Positions 19,764-31,118 of a stretch of 64,000 nucleotides of DNA are shown piece by piece (the first letter of the stretch is position 1; the number at the start of each line of letters is the position of its first letter). Origin of the DNA: Myxococcota bacterium (GTDB lineage Bacteria > Myxococcota_A > Polyangia > Polyangiales > Houyiibacteriaceae); the NCBI GenBank assembly GCA_028284955.1, contig JANQQS010000102.1:76275-140274 (forward strand), written 5' to 3'. Position numbers and translations under genes: made by a program. Below the pieces are notes generated by a model. The model was not told the DNA's origin and did not search any database. It was given only the letters and a program-made list of their open reading frames with translations.

Positions 19764-21101
19764 TTATTGGATCATCGGGTTTTCAAACGCCACCGACATG
19801 CTGACGGCAATGGTCGGCGCACCTGGCGCGAGGCCTTGAGGCACCGGCGAAAACGGGGCGGCTCGGACAATGGCGGAGCGTGCCGCGGCGTCCAGATCCG
19901 AAAACCCCGACGAGCGCACCAAGCTCGGTCGACCACTCAAGCGTCCATCTCGGCGAACCCGAATGCGATAGACCGCGGTCCCTTGGTCCATACGAAGCTG
20001 CCGGATTTTTGGAAAGCGCAGCCCTCGCGTGACGCGTCTTCGTTGGTCGAGGTACCATTTAACGTAGCGTTCATCTCGAGTATCGAGCGCGCCATGGCGG
20101 CCCGGTCCGGGGGCGATCGGAGAAGCGAGGCCTCCCGCGCGCTCGGTCGCACCGGGACCCGGAACACCGTCGCGTCCCGGACCCGCGTGCGCCGGCCCTG
20201 GCGCGGGGCTCTGGGTCTGCGTGGTGTCGATCCACGATTGCGATGGCTTCGACGCCAGCCGTTCCGAATTCTGGTTGTCTTGGACGCGCCCGGCAGTGCG
20301 TGAAGGCGTCGCGGCGGGCCCTCGATCGACGGGCGGTCGGCCGTGGGTGACCTTGGCGGCGACGGAATTTCGGCGCCCTCGAGCGCGGAGCGCGCCGCGC
20401 GGGGGAGACGGTTGTGCGGAGCCGAGATCGGTCGCACGGGGCGACGAAAGTCGCCATGCTCCGTCGCGATGAGCAAACGCGTTCGGAATTGAGGAATCAC
20501 GGAGAGTCGAGGTGCTTCCGCGGGCCTCTGCCTGCCGCGCCTTCAGCGCGCCGGGTTGCGCGTCGTAGGGCGATGGTCGCCGGCGCTCCCGAAGACCAAC
20601 GCGGCCTGAAACAAGAAACGCGTCGTCATGAGGGTTGGGCGTCGCGCGACGGTTTTCCCAGCTGAGCAGGTTGCGAGAGGTACGGATTCGCTGAGCCTGA
20701 GACTGCGCCCATGCGTTCATGGGGCTATCCTGGAGCGTAACGGCGTCGGCGTAGGGCAGGAGCCGCATGACCATCGGGGCGCCGCGCCATCCTCGATTCT
20801 GTCCGTCCCGACGCGCGTCGATCGCGTCGTTCGGTGTTCGGGCGCCGGGAAGAGGCGGGGGAGCACGATCGACAACCGGCGAGTGACCTACCTCGTCTCC
20901 GCTTCCCTCGGGTGAACCGGCAAGGGCGAACGGAATCGGCGCGTCGAGGGAGCTCGTGATGGGTCCCGCGGACGCATCGGGGGTGAACGCGCGCAGCAGC
21001 ACGGCAAGAACACCGTGGACCACCAGCGAAGCGCCCGCACTCCAGCCAACCCTTGCCCAAGCGATCGATTTCGAACCGTGCGCGATGCCCCGCATCCTCA
21101 A
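19764..21101 (-). CDS. TonB-family protein (N-terminal TM anchor, long Pro/Arg-rich spacer, C-terminal TonB-like domain)
   Basis: The TM helix is 'WSAGASLVVHGVLAVLL'. The spacer is extended and Pro/Arg/Gly-rich. The C-terminus 'GTAVYRIRVRRDGRLSGRPSLVRSSGFSDLDAAARSAIVRAAPFSPVP' matches the TonB_C fold pattern. The start is ambiguous (TTG 21101 or ATG 21095). Confidence 0.7.
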   Translation of the reverse strand: MRMRGIAHGSKSIAWARVGWSAGASLVVHGVLAVLLRAFTPDASAGPITSSLDAPIPFALAGSPEGSGDEVGHSPVVDRAPPPLPGARTPNDAIDARRDGQNRGWRGAPMVMRLLPYADAVTLQDSPMNAWAQSQAQRIRTSRNLLSWENRRATPNPHDDAFLVSGRVGLRERRRPSPYDAQPGALKARQAEARGSTSTLRDSSIPNAFAHRDGAWRLSSPRATDLGSAQPSPPRGALRARGRRNSVAAKVTHGRPPVDRGPAATPSRTAGRVQDNQNSERLASKPSQSWIDTTQTQSPAPGPAHAGPGRDGVPGPGATERAGGLASPIAPGPGRHGALDTRDERYVKWYLDQRRRVTRGLRFPKIRQLRMDQGTAVYRIRVRRDGRLSGRPSLVRSSGFSDLDAAARSAIVRAAPFSPVPQGLAPGAPTIAVSMSVAFENPMIQ

Positions 21102-21129
21102 CGTCGCATCCTCAACGTCGCATCCTCAC
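21091..21129. repeat. 14-bp tandem repeat (CGCATCCTCAACGT x2.7) covering the start region of the TonB-like gene
   Basis: Read directly. On the minus strand each unit reads GACGTTGAGGATGC, which is a GAGG Shine-Dalgarno-like motif plus ATG. Confidence 0.8.
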
Positions 21130-21491
21130 CTTCACAGTGTGGCAATCGACCGCGCAGAACGCGAATGAGCCACCCCCGCTCATCTCTTTTCGGAAACCGC
21201 AGCCTTTTCTCCCTCTCCCACGTCTCACTCTTGTCGCGTAGCGGCGTTGGTACTAAGTTCTTGCTCACCAGACGCGTTTGGAAGGCAAAATCCAACCTCG
21301 TCGGAATCGCTAGGTTTCTTCACCCACAAGGCCGAATCGGTTCGTTCTGGCGCATCCTTCGGGGATCTCAACGCTTCTGTGTTGAGCGTCAGCGACCTTG
21401 CTCTAGGCCAACTGCTTTGCACCAATCACGGTGAACGAACCGCGCGGCGTTATCGAACACATCACGAAGTACTTATTGAAGGATTGGCTGC

Positions 21492-22631
21492 ATGGCAGAT
21501 TTTACCCCTGGACTCGCCGGCGTTCCGGCTGCTCGATCAAGCCTCTGCTTTATTGATGGGAAAGCGGGCAAGCTGCAGTACCGCGGCTACCCGATTCAGG
21601 AGCTTGCCGCCCACTGCGGGTTCGAAGAGGTGGTCTATATGCTGCTCTTCGACCGCTTGCCGACAGCCAGCGAGCTCGCCACGTTTCGGGCGGAGCTCGC
21701 CTCCGAGCGGCGCTTGAAGTTTCGCATCATCGACATGCTCAAACACTTGCCGGAAAGCGGACATCCCATGGATGCGCTGACCGCAGGCGTCGCCGCGATG
21801 GGCATGTTCTATCCGGGCGATCATGTTGACGACCTTCGTTTTCGTCGTCTCAGCGCGATTCGATTGGTCGCCAAAGTACCGACCATTGTGGCCGCGTGGC
21901 ATCGCATTCGGCGCGGAGATGACCCGATCAAGCCACGAGACGACTTGGGCCACGCGGCGAACTTCCTCTACTTGCTCGAGGGCGAGGAGCCCGACCCGCT
22001 TGCCGCTCGGGTGTTCGACGTTGCCCTTACTCTGCACGCCGAGCATTCCATGAATGCATCTACGTTTGCCGCGCGCGTGACCGGGTCGACGCTGGCCGAC
22101 CCCTACGCGGTAGTGGCGTCGGCGGTTGGCGCGCTGGCGGGCCGCCTGCATGGAGGCGCCAACGAAGAAGTGCTCGACATGCTGGGCAGCATGGACGACC
22201 GGTCGCCTGAGGCGGTCCGCCGGTGGGCGGAAGACCGGCTGGCGCGCAAAGAGAAAATCATGGGGTTTGGCCACCGCGTATACAAAGTCAAAGACCCGCG
22301 GGCGGAGATCCTTCAGGGTCTGGCCAAGCAGCTGTTCGATAAGTCCGGGCGCACGCCAATTTACGACGTAGCACTTGAGCTCGAGTCACAGATGGAAACG
22401 CTGGTGGGACACAAAGGTGTATATCCTAACGTGGATTTCTACAGCGGAATCGTATACCAGAAGCTCGGGATTCCGGTGGACCTCTTCACCCCGGTGTTTG
22501 CGATGGCGCGCGTGGCGGGGTGGCTGGCCCACTTGCTCGAGCAACTCGACAACAATCGGATTTTTCGACCCACGCAAATCTGGTGCGGCGAATCGGATCG
22601 GACCTTTGTCCCCATCGAGCAGCGGGGCTGA
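21492..22631 (+). CDS. Citrate synthase (short ~380-aa type; a 2-methylcitrate synthase is not excluded)
   Basis: 'GLAGVPAARSSLCFIDGKAGKLQYRGYPIQELA', 'LTLHAEHSMNAST' and 'MGFGHRVYKVKDPRA' are citrate synthase active-site signatures. Confidence 0.92.
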   Translation: MADFTPGLAGVPAARSSLCFIDGKAGKLQYRGYPIQELAAHCGFEEVVYMLLFDRLPTASELATFRAELASERRLKFRIIDMLKHLPESGHPMDALTAGVAAMGMFYPGDHVDDLRFRRLSAIRLVAKVPTIVAAWHRIRRGDDPIKPRDDLGHAANFLYLLEGEEPDPLAARVFDVALTLHAEHSMNASTFAARVTGSTLADPYAVVASAVGALAGRLHGGANEEVLDMLGSMDDRSPEAVRRWAEDRLARKEKIMGFGHRVYKVKDPRAEILQGLAKQLFDKSGRTPIYDVALELESQMETLVGHKGVYPNVDFYSGIVYQKLGIPVDLFTPVFAMARVAGWLAHLLEQLDNNRIFRPTQIWCGESDRTFVPIEQRG

Positions 22632-22773
22632 CCGTCTCAAGTTGGCTGAACGGAACTTCCAACGCGCCGACGCCTGGCGCAAGTACCCTCGAGCGCGCTA
22701 AACTCGCCGAAAGGTTCGCTCTGCGGGATGATTTTTCGCGCCGGGCGAGTTAGCCTCGTGGGCTGTACCCCGC

Positions 22774-25158
<2,385 letters not shown>

Positions 25159-25290
25159 ATCTGGCCTCCAGTAGCCCCGGCCCCTCAGCGTTCGTGCGCG
25201 CGAGCCTTTGATCTGCAACAACAACCAAGAAATTTGAGCGCAGGGGCAACCAGACGCCCGTGCGGTCGATAAGATTCGCAAAAGGGGCGC

Positions 25291-27213
25291 ATGAGACGGA
25301 TAAACGAGCGGCGGAGGAACGGGGACACACGAAGTGCCTTCAGGTGGGCCATGTTGGTCGTGGGAATCTCGTTCGTGGCGGGATCATATGTGGATGTCGC
25401 GAACGCCCAGCCCGCCTCGTCGTTCAGTTCGAGGTCGTCGACCAATCCGAAGTTCGTCACGGTGGTGACCGGCCACGATTCCGTGGATGCCGCGTCCCTG
25501 GTTGCGGCTGGGGAGCATGTAGCCGGCGTCGTCGCGGCTCGCGCGGGGGATGGCTTGGGGCCGGAGGCTGCGGGAACGCTGTTTCAGGCACGAGGCTCCG
25601 CTTCGTCGGAGCGAGCTTCTCGCTCGGAGGCTGCCGAACTCCTTTCCGACGCGCAAAAACTACAGTTGCTGGTGGCCACCGAAGACTATCGGTCCGCCGA
25701 ACAAGTCGCCGCCGAACTCATGCGTCGCGCAGAGCGTTTGCGAACCGCGTTTGGTCGAGACTCGCAGCTTGCCGGGGCGGCGTTTCGAGGATGCCTCTAT
25801 CGCGTGCAGGGGGCGCTTCAGCGCGGCCAACGTTCCAACGCCCGCGCGTTTGCGGCGGAGTGTCGCCGCCTCGTCCCGCATCGTGAAGTGAGCCCGCAAA
25901 AATTTCCTCCGGAAGTCGTTGGCATCATCGCGGAAGTGGATGCTGAGCTTCGACTGCGGGCCCGGGACATGCGCGTCGAGAGTATTCCCGAGGGGTGTCC
26001 TATTTTTCTCAATGGCCAACCGGTCGGGGCCACGCCGTCGGTGGTTCCGGGCCTGCTCCCCGGCGACTACGGCGTGCGCGTCGACTGCGGCGGCCGAACG
26101 GGACGCGTCCACATGGTGACGGTGGTCGGCGAACCGATTACCGTGCGTATCGATGACCGGTTTGATCGAACCCTGTCTACCGACGCCGGGCTCACGTTTC
26201 AATATCCCGATGGAACCACCCACGACCAGTATGTCGTCACCGACGCGATCACTGTTGCCCGCACGCTGAAAATTCCTCTCGCGCTCGTGCTCAGTCCCGT
26301 ACATCTCGACCCATCGGAGGATGGTAATCCATCCGATCGCGCGAGTGACGAGAAGGGCGATGTGCGGGTAGATTTGGTTCACGCGAAGCGCGGCGAAATC
26401 ATTGCTTCGGCGTGGACCCGTTCGCGAGGGACGCGATTGTTCCGCGCCAATGCGATCGCGGCAGCATTTTCGCGGAGCAAGTCTGTAGACCTCAGGGGGG
26501 CGCAGCCGAGCACGACCACTGCATGGGTGCCGCCGGTGGCGCCAGACCTGGAAGCATCTGGTCTCGCCTTCGGGGACGACACGCCGCGCGCGGACGAAGC
26601 CAAGAGCCCCCGGACGCGGCGCTCCGGGCAACCTTCGGCGACTCGACAAGGGTTCGGTTGGGCTCTGCTCGGAATCGGGGTTGCGGGGTTGGCGTCGGGC
26701 GGCGCGCTTGCCGCAAAATGGTCCTCGGATACCGAGGCGGTGTGGGCGGGATCGACCACCGACACCACGACGCCGGGGTTTTTGGAAGTGCTTAGCCGTG
26801 ACGAGCGTCGAAATCGCCTTCGCAAGGCGGTGTGGGGCATAGCCCCGGCTTCCTCCGCGTTGCTTACCACGTCGCTCGCGCTCATTTTGCCCGACCGGGA
26901 TGGCGTACCATGGTGGACGTGGCTCTCTGCCGCGGCGGGGGCAGGTCTCGCCGGCGTTGGAGCCTGGCAGATTGCGCGCCATGGTTGCACCCTAGACACC
27001 GACAACGACTCGCTCTGCGATTCTGGCCGCGCGACGTCGCTTCAAGGCGTCGCGATGATCTCGGCCGGGGTCCCCTTGGTGTCGGTGCCGATCATCTATG
27101 CGCTCCGCAGCGCGTTTGGAAGTTCTCGAGCCACCCAAGCCGGCACCCGGCCTGCATTCGGTGTCCAACCCACCGCGGGTGGAGTCGAAATGGCGGGCAG
27201 ATTTTCCTTTTGA
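25291..27213 (+). CDS. Secreted/membrane PEGA-domain protein, function unknown
   Basis: The signal peptide is 'WAMLVVGISFVAGSYVDVANAQ'. The PEGA domain is 'RVESIPEGCPIFLNGQPVGATPSVVPGLLPGDYGVRV'. There are about four C-terminal hydrophobic helices. Confidence 0.7.
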   Translation: MRRINERRRNGDTRSAFRWAMLVVGISFVAGSYVDVANAQPASSFSSRSSTNPKFVTVVTGHDSVDAASLVAAGEHVAGVVAARAGDGLGPEAAGTLFQARGSASSERASRSEAAELLSDAQKLQLLVATEDYRSAEQVAAELMRRAERLRTAFGRDSQLAGAAFRGCLYRVQGALQRGQRSNARAFAAECRRLVPHREVSPQKFPPEVVGIIAEVDAELRLRARDMRVESIPEGCPIFLNGQPVGATPSVVPGLLPGDYGVRVDCGGRTGRVHMVTVVGEPITVRIDDRFDRTLSTDAGLTFQYPDGTTHDQYVVTDAITVARTLKIPLALVLSPVHLDPSEDGNPSDRASDEKGDVRVDLVHAKRGEIIASAWTRSRGTRLFRANAIAAAFSRSKSVDLRGAQPSTTTAWVPPVAPDLEASGLAFGDDTPRADEAKSPRTRRSGQPSATRQGFGWALLGIGVAGLASGGALAAKWSSDTEAVWAGSTTDTTTPGFLEVLSRDERRNRLRKAVWGIAPASSALLTTSLALILPDRDGVPWWTWLSAAAGAGLAGVGAWQIARHGCTLDTDNDSLCDSGRATSLQGVAMISAGVPLVSVPIIYALRSAFGSSRATQAGTRPAFGVQPTAGGVEMAGRFSF

Positions 27214-27497
27214 CGTAGAGCAATCGCGTTTGCGGTGATCTTGAGCCTCCGGCTCGCGGTGGGAACGGGGTGAGGTTCGGGACCGGGGGGAGCGTCGGCC
27301 TCGGCTTCCGATTCAGAGTCCGCACCCGGCTACACAGTCAACCACTGCGATTTTGCCCGAAGTATCCGCAGGCTTCGTTCGCGAAAAAAAATGAACCGTA
27401 TTTTCGTTGTTCTGGCCACGTATTGGGTAGGGACCGCGCGTTCGCCCGCATTCGGGTGGCATGTATCGCGTGGCCGCCTGTCGAACGGAGGTCAGGA

Positions 27498-28160
27498 ATG
27501 CGAGCAACTACACGGTGGTCGGTCTGCGGGCTCATCAGCTGGAGCGTATGCATCGGCTGTGCCGAATGGGAAGAAACTCCGGATGACGCGGTCGGTTTTT
27601 TGGGCGTTTCGAACGCCACGCTCGAAGGCACGCTCGGTGACGTCGAGGTTTCGGAACAGAGCGTGCGTCGGAAATCTGGATGGTGCACCCAGAGCGGCTG
27701 GGAAGTTGAGCTCGCCACCACAACATCGCGCGGAACGGTGATGAGCAACATCCGACTGGCTGATCTCCTGGTAACCGAACCGGTCATGAATACGGCCTGG
27801 ACTCGCAGCGAAACCGATGGAGAAGAGCTCGTGCTCGACGCCAATGCGGCCGACATGGAACGCCGAGCACCATCGGGCGATGAGTCGACCGCAGACGAAT
27901 TTGCCGAGGACGCGGTTGCTGAGGACGAGGTCGCTCAGTGGTTTATCGAACCGCGTGCTCCCACGGTAGCGACTGCCCGCGTGGTTGGCTGCGCAGGTCA
28001 GGAAGACGGAAACTGGGAAATCGAAGAGCATGCGCGCAAAGCAACGATCAAGATCGAACGGCGAACCGATTCGGAGATGCACGTTCGCTACGAAGCTGAG
28101 TTTGCGGATGGCAACGAAGTTCGAGGCCAGTTCGATATGCGCATGCCGACGACGGACTGA
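27498..28160 (+). CDS. Hypothetical lipoprotein
   Basis: The ATG at 27498 is preceded by GGAGGTCAGGA. The signal/lipobox is 'WSVCGLISWSVCIGC'. The longer ORF start at 27270 has no signal peptide and reads Arg-rich junk. The stop overlaps the next ATG (TGATG, 28158-28162). Confidence 0.55.
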   Translation: MRATTRWSVCGLISWSVCIGCAEWEETPDDAVGFLGVSNATLEGTLGDVEVSEQSVRRKSGWCTQSGWEVELATTTSRGTVMSNIRLADLLVTEPVMNTAWTRSETDGEELVLDANAADMERRAPSGDESTADEFAEDAVAEDEVAQWFIEPRAPTVATARVVGCAGQEDGNWEIEEHARKATIKIERRTDSEMHVRYEAEFADGNEVRGQFDMRMPTTD

Positions 28161-29026
28161 TGTCGATGGGCGTTGTCACGTTGTATCGAGGTGGCGGAAC
28201 CAGGAGCAATCTTGTGGCTGCCATTGCCATGCTGATGGGCACCAGTGTTCTCTTCGGAACGCGCGCTAGGGCGCAGGAGTCGGGGGATCATCTGGGTCGA
28301 CCTCAGTCCGATATTCAGTCCCAGGTGCGCCTACCACCCGCGAAGCGGGAGTCGAAGTTTGCGCCGCCGCGAGTGACGGGTTGGGAGATTGCGACCCACG
28401 CTCGATTTTTCTTTAGCATCGAAGATGATGTCGATTTTCTAACCGATCGCGGATACGGGCTGCTTTTTGAAGGGGAGCTTGCGTATCGGTCACCCAAACT
28501 CCTATTCGCCCAAGCCTACGTAGACCAAGGCGCCTACGGTTTCGGTAATGGTTCGGATTTTGGGGTGTTTTCTGCGGGCGCAATGATGGGCGTCGATCAC
28601 CGTTGGTTTTCGGTGGCCGCGGGCGCCGGCGCGATGCGGGCGCGAATCGTCGACAACGCGCGACGGGCGACTGGATGGGGCCCCACGATGGTTGCGTACG
28701 CTCGCCTCGGCGCGAGAGACGGGTTTCATGGGGAGGTTCGGCAAACTCTGGTGTTCGTCGGCAACGAACCGTTCGAGGGCACCACATCGGCGAAGATTCA
28801 GTTTCGCATCGCTCCGCGGGTGTGGATTCGGTTTCGAGGAGGCGGCTCTCGCTCCGGCTACGGATTCGGCGAGGCCGGGCCGCGTATCTTGGTACGTGGC
28901 GACCGTGGCCCAGGGTCCGTATTTCTCAACCCGTCATTGGGAGGCGCGGGCATGTTTGATGAAGCCACCCAAACCACATACATGGGATTCCTGTTCGGCC
29001 TTGGGCTCGAATATCGGCCGCGATGA
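28160..29026 (+). CDS. Hypothetical secreted beta-rich protein (possibly an outer-membrane protein)
   Basis: The signal peptide is 'LVAAIAMLMGTSVLFGTRARAQE'. Alternating Gly/aromatic beta-strand-like segments occur ('YGLLFEGELAYR', 'GFLFGLGLEYR'). Translationally coupled to the preceding lipoprotein gene. Confidence 0.5.
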   Translation: MSMGVVTLYRGGGTRSNLVAAIAMLMGTSVLFGTRARAQESGDHLGRPQSDIQSQVRLPPAKRESKFAPPRVTGWEIATHARFFFSIEDDVDFLTDRGYGLLFEGELAYRSPKLLFAQAYVDQGAYGFGNGSDFGVFSAGAMMGVDHRWFSVAAGAGAMRARIVDNARRATGWGPTMVAYARLGARDGFHGEVRQTLVFVGNEPFEGTTSAKIQFRIAPRVWIRFRGGGSRSGYGFGEAGPRILVRGDRGPGSVFLNPSLGGAGMFDEATQTTYMGFLFGLGLEYRPR

Positions 29027-29057
29027 CTGAGTCGACGGGTGAGAAGGAGCGAAGGAC

Positions 29058-30257
29058 TTACTTGCACCCAGGGAGCGCCCCGCCTTCGAGATTCACACGC
29101 ATGCGCAGATGACGTTCGGTTCCCGGGGTGCTGCTAAGCGTGCAGTCTGCGCCCACGACGATGGCTTCTGCGGTTTGCGGAACCCGGCGGAGCATGTCGA
29201 GGCCTTTCTTCGGCCCCAAGACAAACGTCGCGGTGGAGAGCGCATCGGCGTAGAGGCCGCTTTGGGCCATGAGGGTAACCGACATGGATCGACGCGCGGG
29301 GAGGCCCGTTTTGAGGTCGATGATGTGGTGCCAGCGGGTGCCTTCATCGTCGACGAAGAAATGTTCGTAGTCGCCGGACGTCGAGATGGATCGGTTTTCG
29401 GCTTCGAAGAACGCAAAGTAGTCTTTGGCGTTGCGAGGGTGCTGAATGCCCACGCGCCACGCGCGATGACTGCGCCGACCGTGCACTTGAACCTGTCCGC
29501 CCGCGAACAACATATAGTTCAGGAGTCCCGCGGCGCGAAGAATCGCGCCCGCACGGTCTAGAGCGTAGCCTTTGGCGATGCCTCCCGTGCCGATGGCCAT
29601 GCCCTTCCGTTTCAAAAACACCGTGTTGGCTTCTTCGTCGATCACGATGTCACGATATCGAACGTTGCGGAGCGCTTTGCGCACGCTGGCTCGCGGGGGA
29701 ACTTTGTGCTTGCCGGGTCGAAAATCGTAGAGCCCTCGGAGCGCCGCCCAAGAGAGGTCGAACGCCCCGCGGCTCCAGCGCGATACGTTGAGTCCGGCTT
29801 GAACCACCGCAAGCGTGTCTTTGCCCACCTGAACCGGGGCGCGGCCCGCCTGGTGGTTGATCTGGGAGATTTCGCTGGTCGGCCTCCATTCGGAAAGCAC
29901 GGTTTCGAGGCGCGCGATTTCTTCAAACGCCGCACGCACTGGGCTCGCCGCGCGAGCCTCAGGGGCATCGACCTGAATCATGAATACCGTGCCCATGAGG
30001 GGACGGCTGCGTGTAAAAAGTTTGGGAAGGGGTTGGGCGTCGTCTCGCGGTGGCGCGGCATGTTTGGTTGAGGTGTTCGGCGCCGAGGGCTGACCTTGTT
30101 TTGGCGACGAGCCCTTATGCTGCGCGCGAGAGCTGGTTTGGTCGCATCCCGCGAGCCCAACCCCTGAGAGCCCAATTCCTGAGAGCACAATCACGACGAG
30201 CGGGAGCGCCCATTGGTCCCCCCGTGTCTTCTGTCGCCAAGGCATCCGCGACGACAT
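29058..30257 (-). CDS. apbE: FAD:protein FMN transferase ApbE, lipoprotein form
   Basis: The lipobox is 'GIGLSGVGLAGC'. The ApbE family blocks are 'MGTVFMIQV', 'ISQINH', 'GGIAKGYALDRA', 'STSGDYEHFF' and 'HHIIDLKTGLP'. I chose the internal ATG at 30257 rather than the ORF start at 30305. Confidence 0.88.
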   Translation of the reverse strand: MSSRMPWRQKTRGDQWALPLVVIVLSGIGLSGVGLAGCDQTSSRAQHKGSSPKQGQPSAPNTSTKHAAPPRDDAQPLPKLFTRSRPLMGTVFMIQVDAPEARAASPVRAAFEEIARLETVLSEWRPTSEISQINHQAGRAPVQVGKDTLAVVQAGLNVSRWSRGAFDLSWAALRGLYDFRPGKHKVPPRASVRKALRNVRYRDIVIDEEANTVFLKRKGMAIGTGGIAKGYALDRAGAILRAAGLLNYMLFAGGQVQVHGRRSHRAWRVGIQHPRNAKDYFAFFEAENRSISTSGDYEHFFVDDEGTRWHHIIDLKTGLPARRSMSVTLMAQSGLYADALSTATFVLGPKKGLDMLRRVPQTAEAIVVGADCTLSSTPGTERHLRMRVNLEGGALPGCK

Positions 30258-30301
30258 ACCACACTCTGGCCGGGCGACGCTCGAGCGCGCGCGCCATCGC
30301 C

Positions 30302-31069
30302 TCATCGCACGCAGACATCTTCAAACGCGGCGTTCAGCGTTGCGTCGGTGCTGCCGGTGATAGTGACCGTGCTCGCGTCGACGTCACAGTCGGTGAGGGT
30401 GAGAAAGAAATCGGCGCGCACCCTCGATCCTGCGAGCACGTCAATATCCGAAAACGTCACGCTGCCTCCTGCCGATAAGCAGTTCGTAAACGTTTGGGGG
30501 GCCGCGCCTGTGCGCACGAGGATAAACTCCACGTCGAGGACGTCTGATTCCAATACCGTTACGGGAAGATTTTCGATGACCTGTACCCCGATGTCGTCTT
30601 GGTTTACCCGAAACACCAGCCGGCTGTTGCCTGGCGCAAAACAGTCGTTTTCGGCCAACACGAGCTCGAGCTGAGCCGGGCCACTACACGGCGCGGCGCG
30701 CCACGCGGCGCTTACCCGGTTGCCGCTGAATCCAAGATTGGTGCCGCCGGAATCGAGGACGTTGGCGGTGTTGTTGAGGTCGCCCGAGACAACCTCGCGG
30801 CAGGTGGTCGAAGGGGCGCTGCCGTCGGCTCGTGGTCCTGCGTCGATCACGCTTGCGTCTACTGTCGGCGACGAGGCTCCGAAGCTGGGCGCAGGGTCGT
30901 CATCCGCTGGCGGGCCGGGAGGAACTTCTCGATCGCTGCATCCTGCGATAAAGGCACTTGCCGCGAGCGCGCCCCAAGCGACGGCGCGGCCGAGCGAAGA
31001 GTGATCGCATGAGAGGCGAAAAATTCGCATGAATTGCGAAATTATAGCATGGGCACTTTTGGTGGACAT
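30302..31069 (-). CDS. Hypothetical Cys-rich lipoprotein
   Basis: The signal/lipobox is 'AWGALAASAFIAGC'. The start is set at ATG 31069 (alternative 31030) because the ORF start at 31249 would overlap the upstream gene that ends at 31119. Confidence 0.5.
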   Translation of the reverse strand: MSTKSAHAIISQFMRIFRLSCDHSSLGRAVAWGALAASAFIAGCSDREVPPGPPADDDPAPSFGASSPTVDASVIDAGPRADGSAPSTTCREVVSGDLNNTANVLDSGGTNLGFSGNRVSAAWRAAPCSGPAQLELVLAENDCFAPGNSRLVFRVNQDDIGVQVIENLPVTVLESDVLDVEFILVRTGAAPQTFTNCLSAGGSVTFSDIDVLAGSRVRADFFLTLTDCDVDASTVTITGSTDATLNAAFEDVCVR

Positions 31070-31118
31070 CTTCTTGATGGGGTGCGTATTGGTCGGGTTC
31101 ACGTCTCGGTCCCGCGAT

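Noticed and set aside
21102-21491. The 390-bp gap upstream of citrate synthase, and the other gaps (25159-25290, 27214-27497, 51673-51987), inspected for tRNA, sRNA or small genes.
   Set aside because: I could not recognise a cloverleaf-compatible sequence, a conserved RNA motif or a convincing small ORF by eye. These are left unannotated apart from the promoter-like element at 51934-51961.
25660-26982. Long antisense or alternative-frame ORFs opposite real genes. Examples are 25660-26982 (-), 7983-9221 (+), 39849-40856 (-), 52922-54163 (-), 34748-36061 (+), 43540-44439 (-), 58841-59776 (+) and 38162-39154 (+).
   Set aside because: These are typical high-GC shadow ORFs. They have Arg/Pro/Gly/Ser-dominated composition and no recognisable motifs, and each is fully overlapped by a gene with clear family signatures on the other strand or frame.
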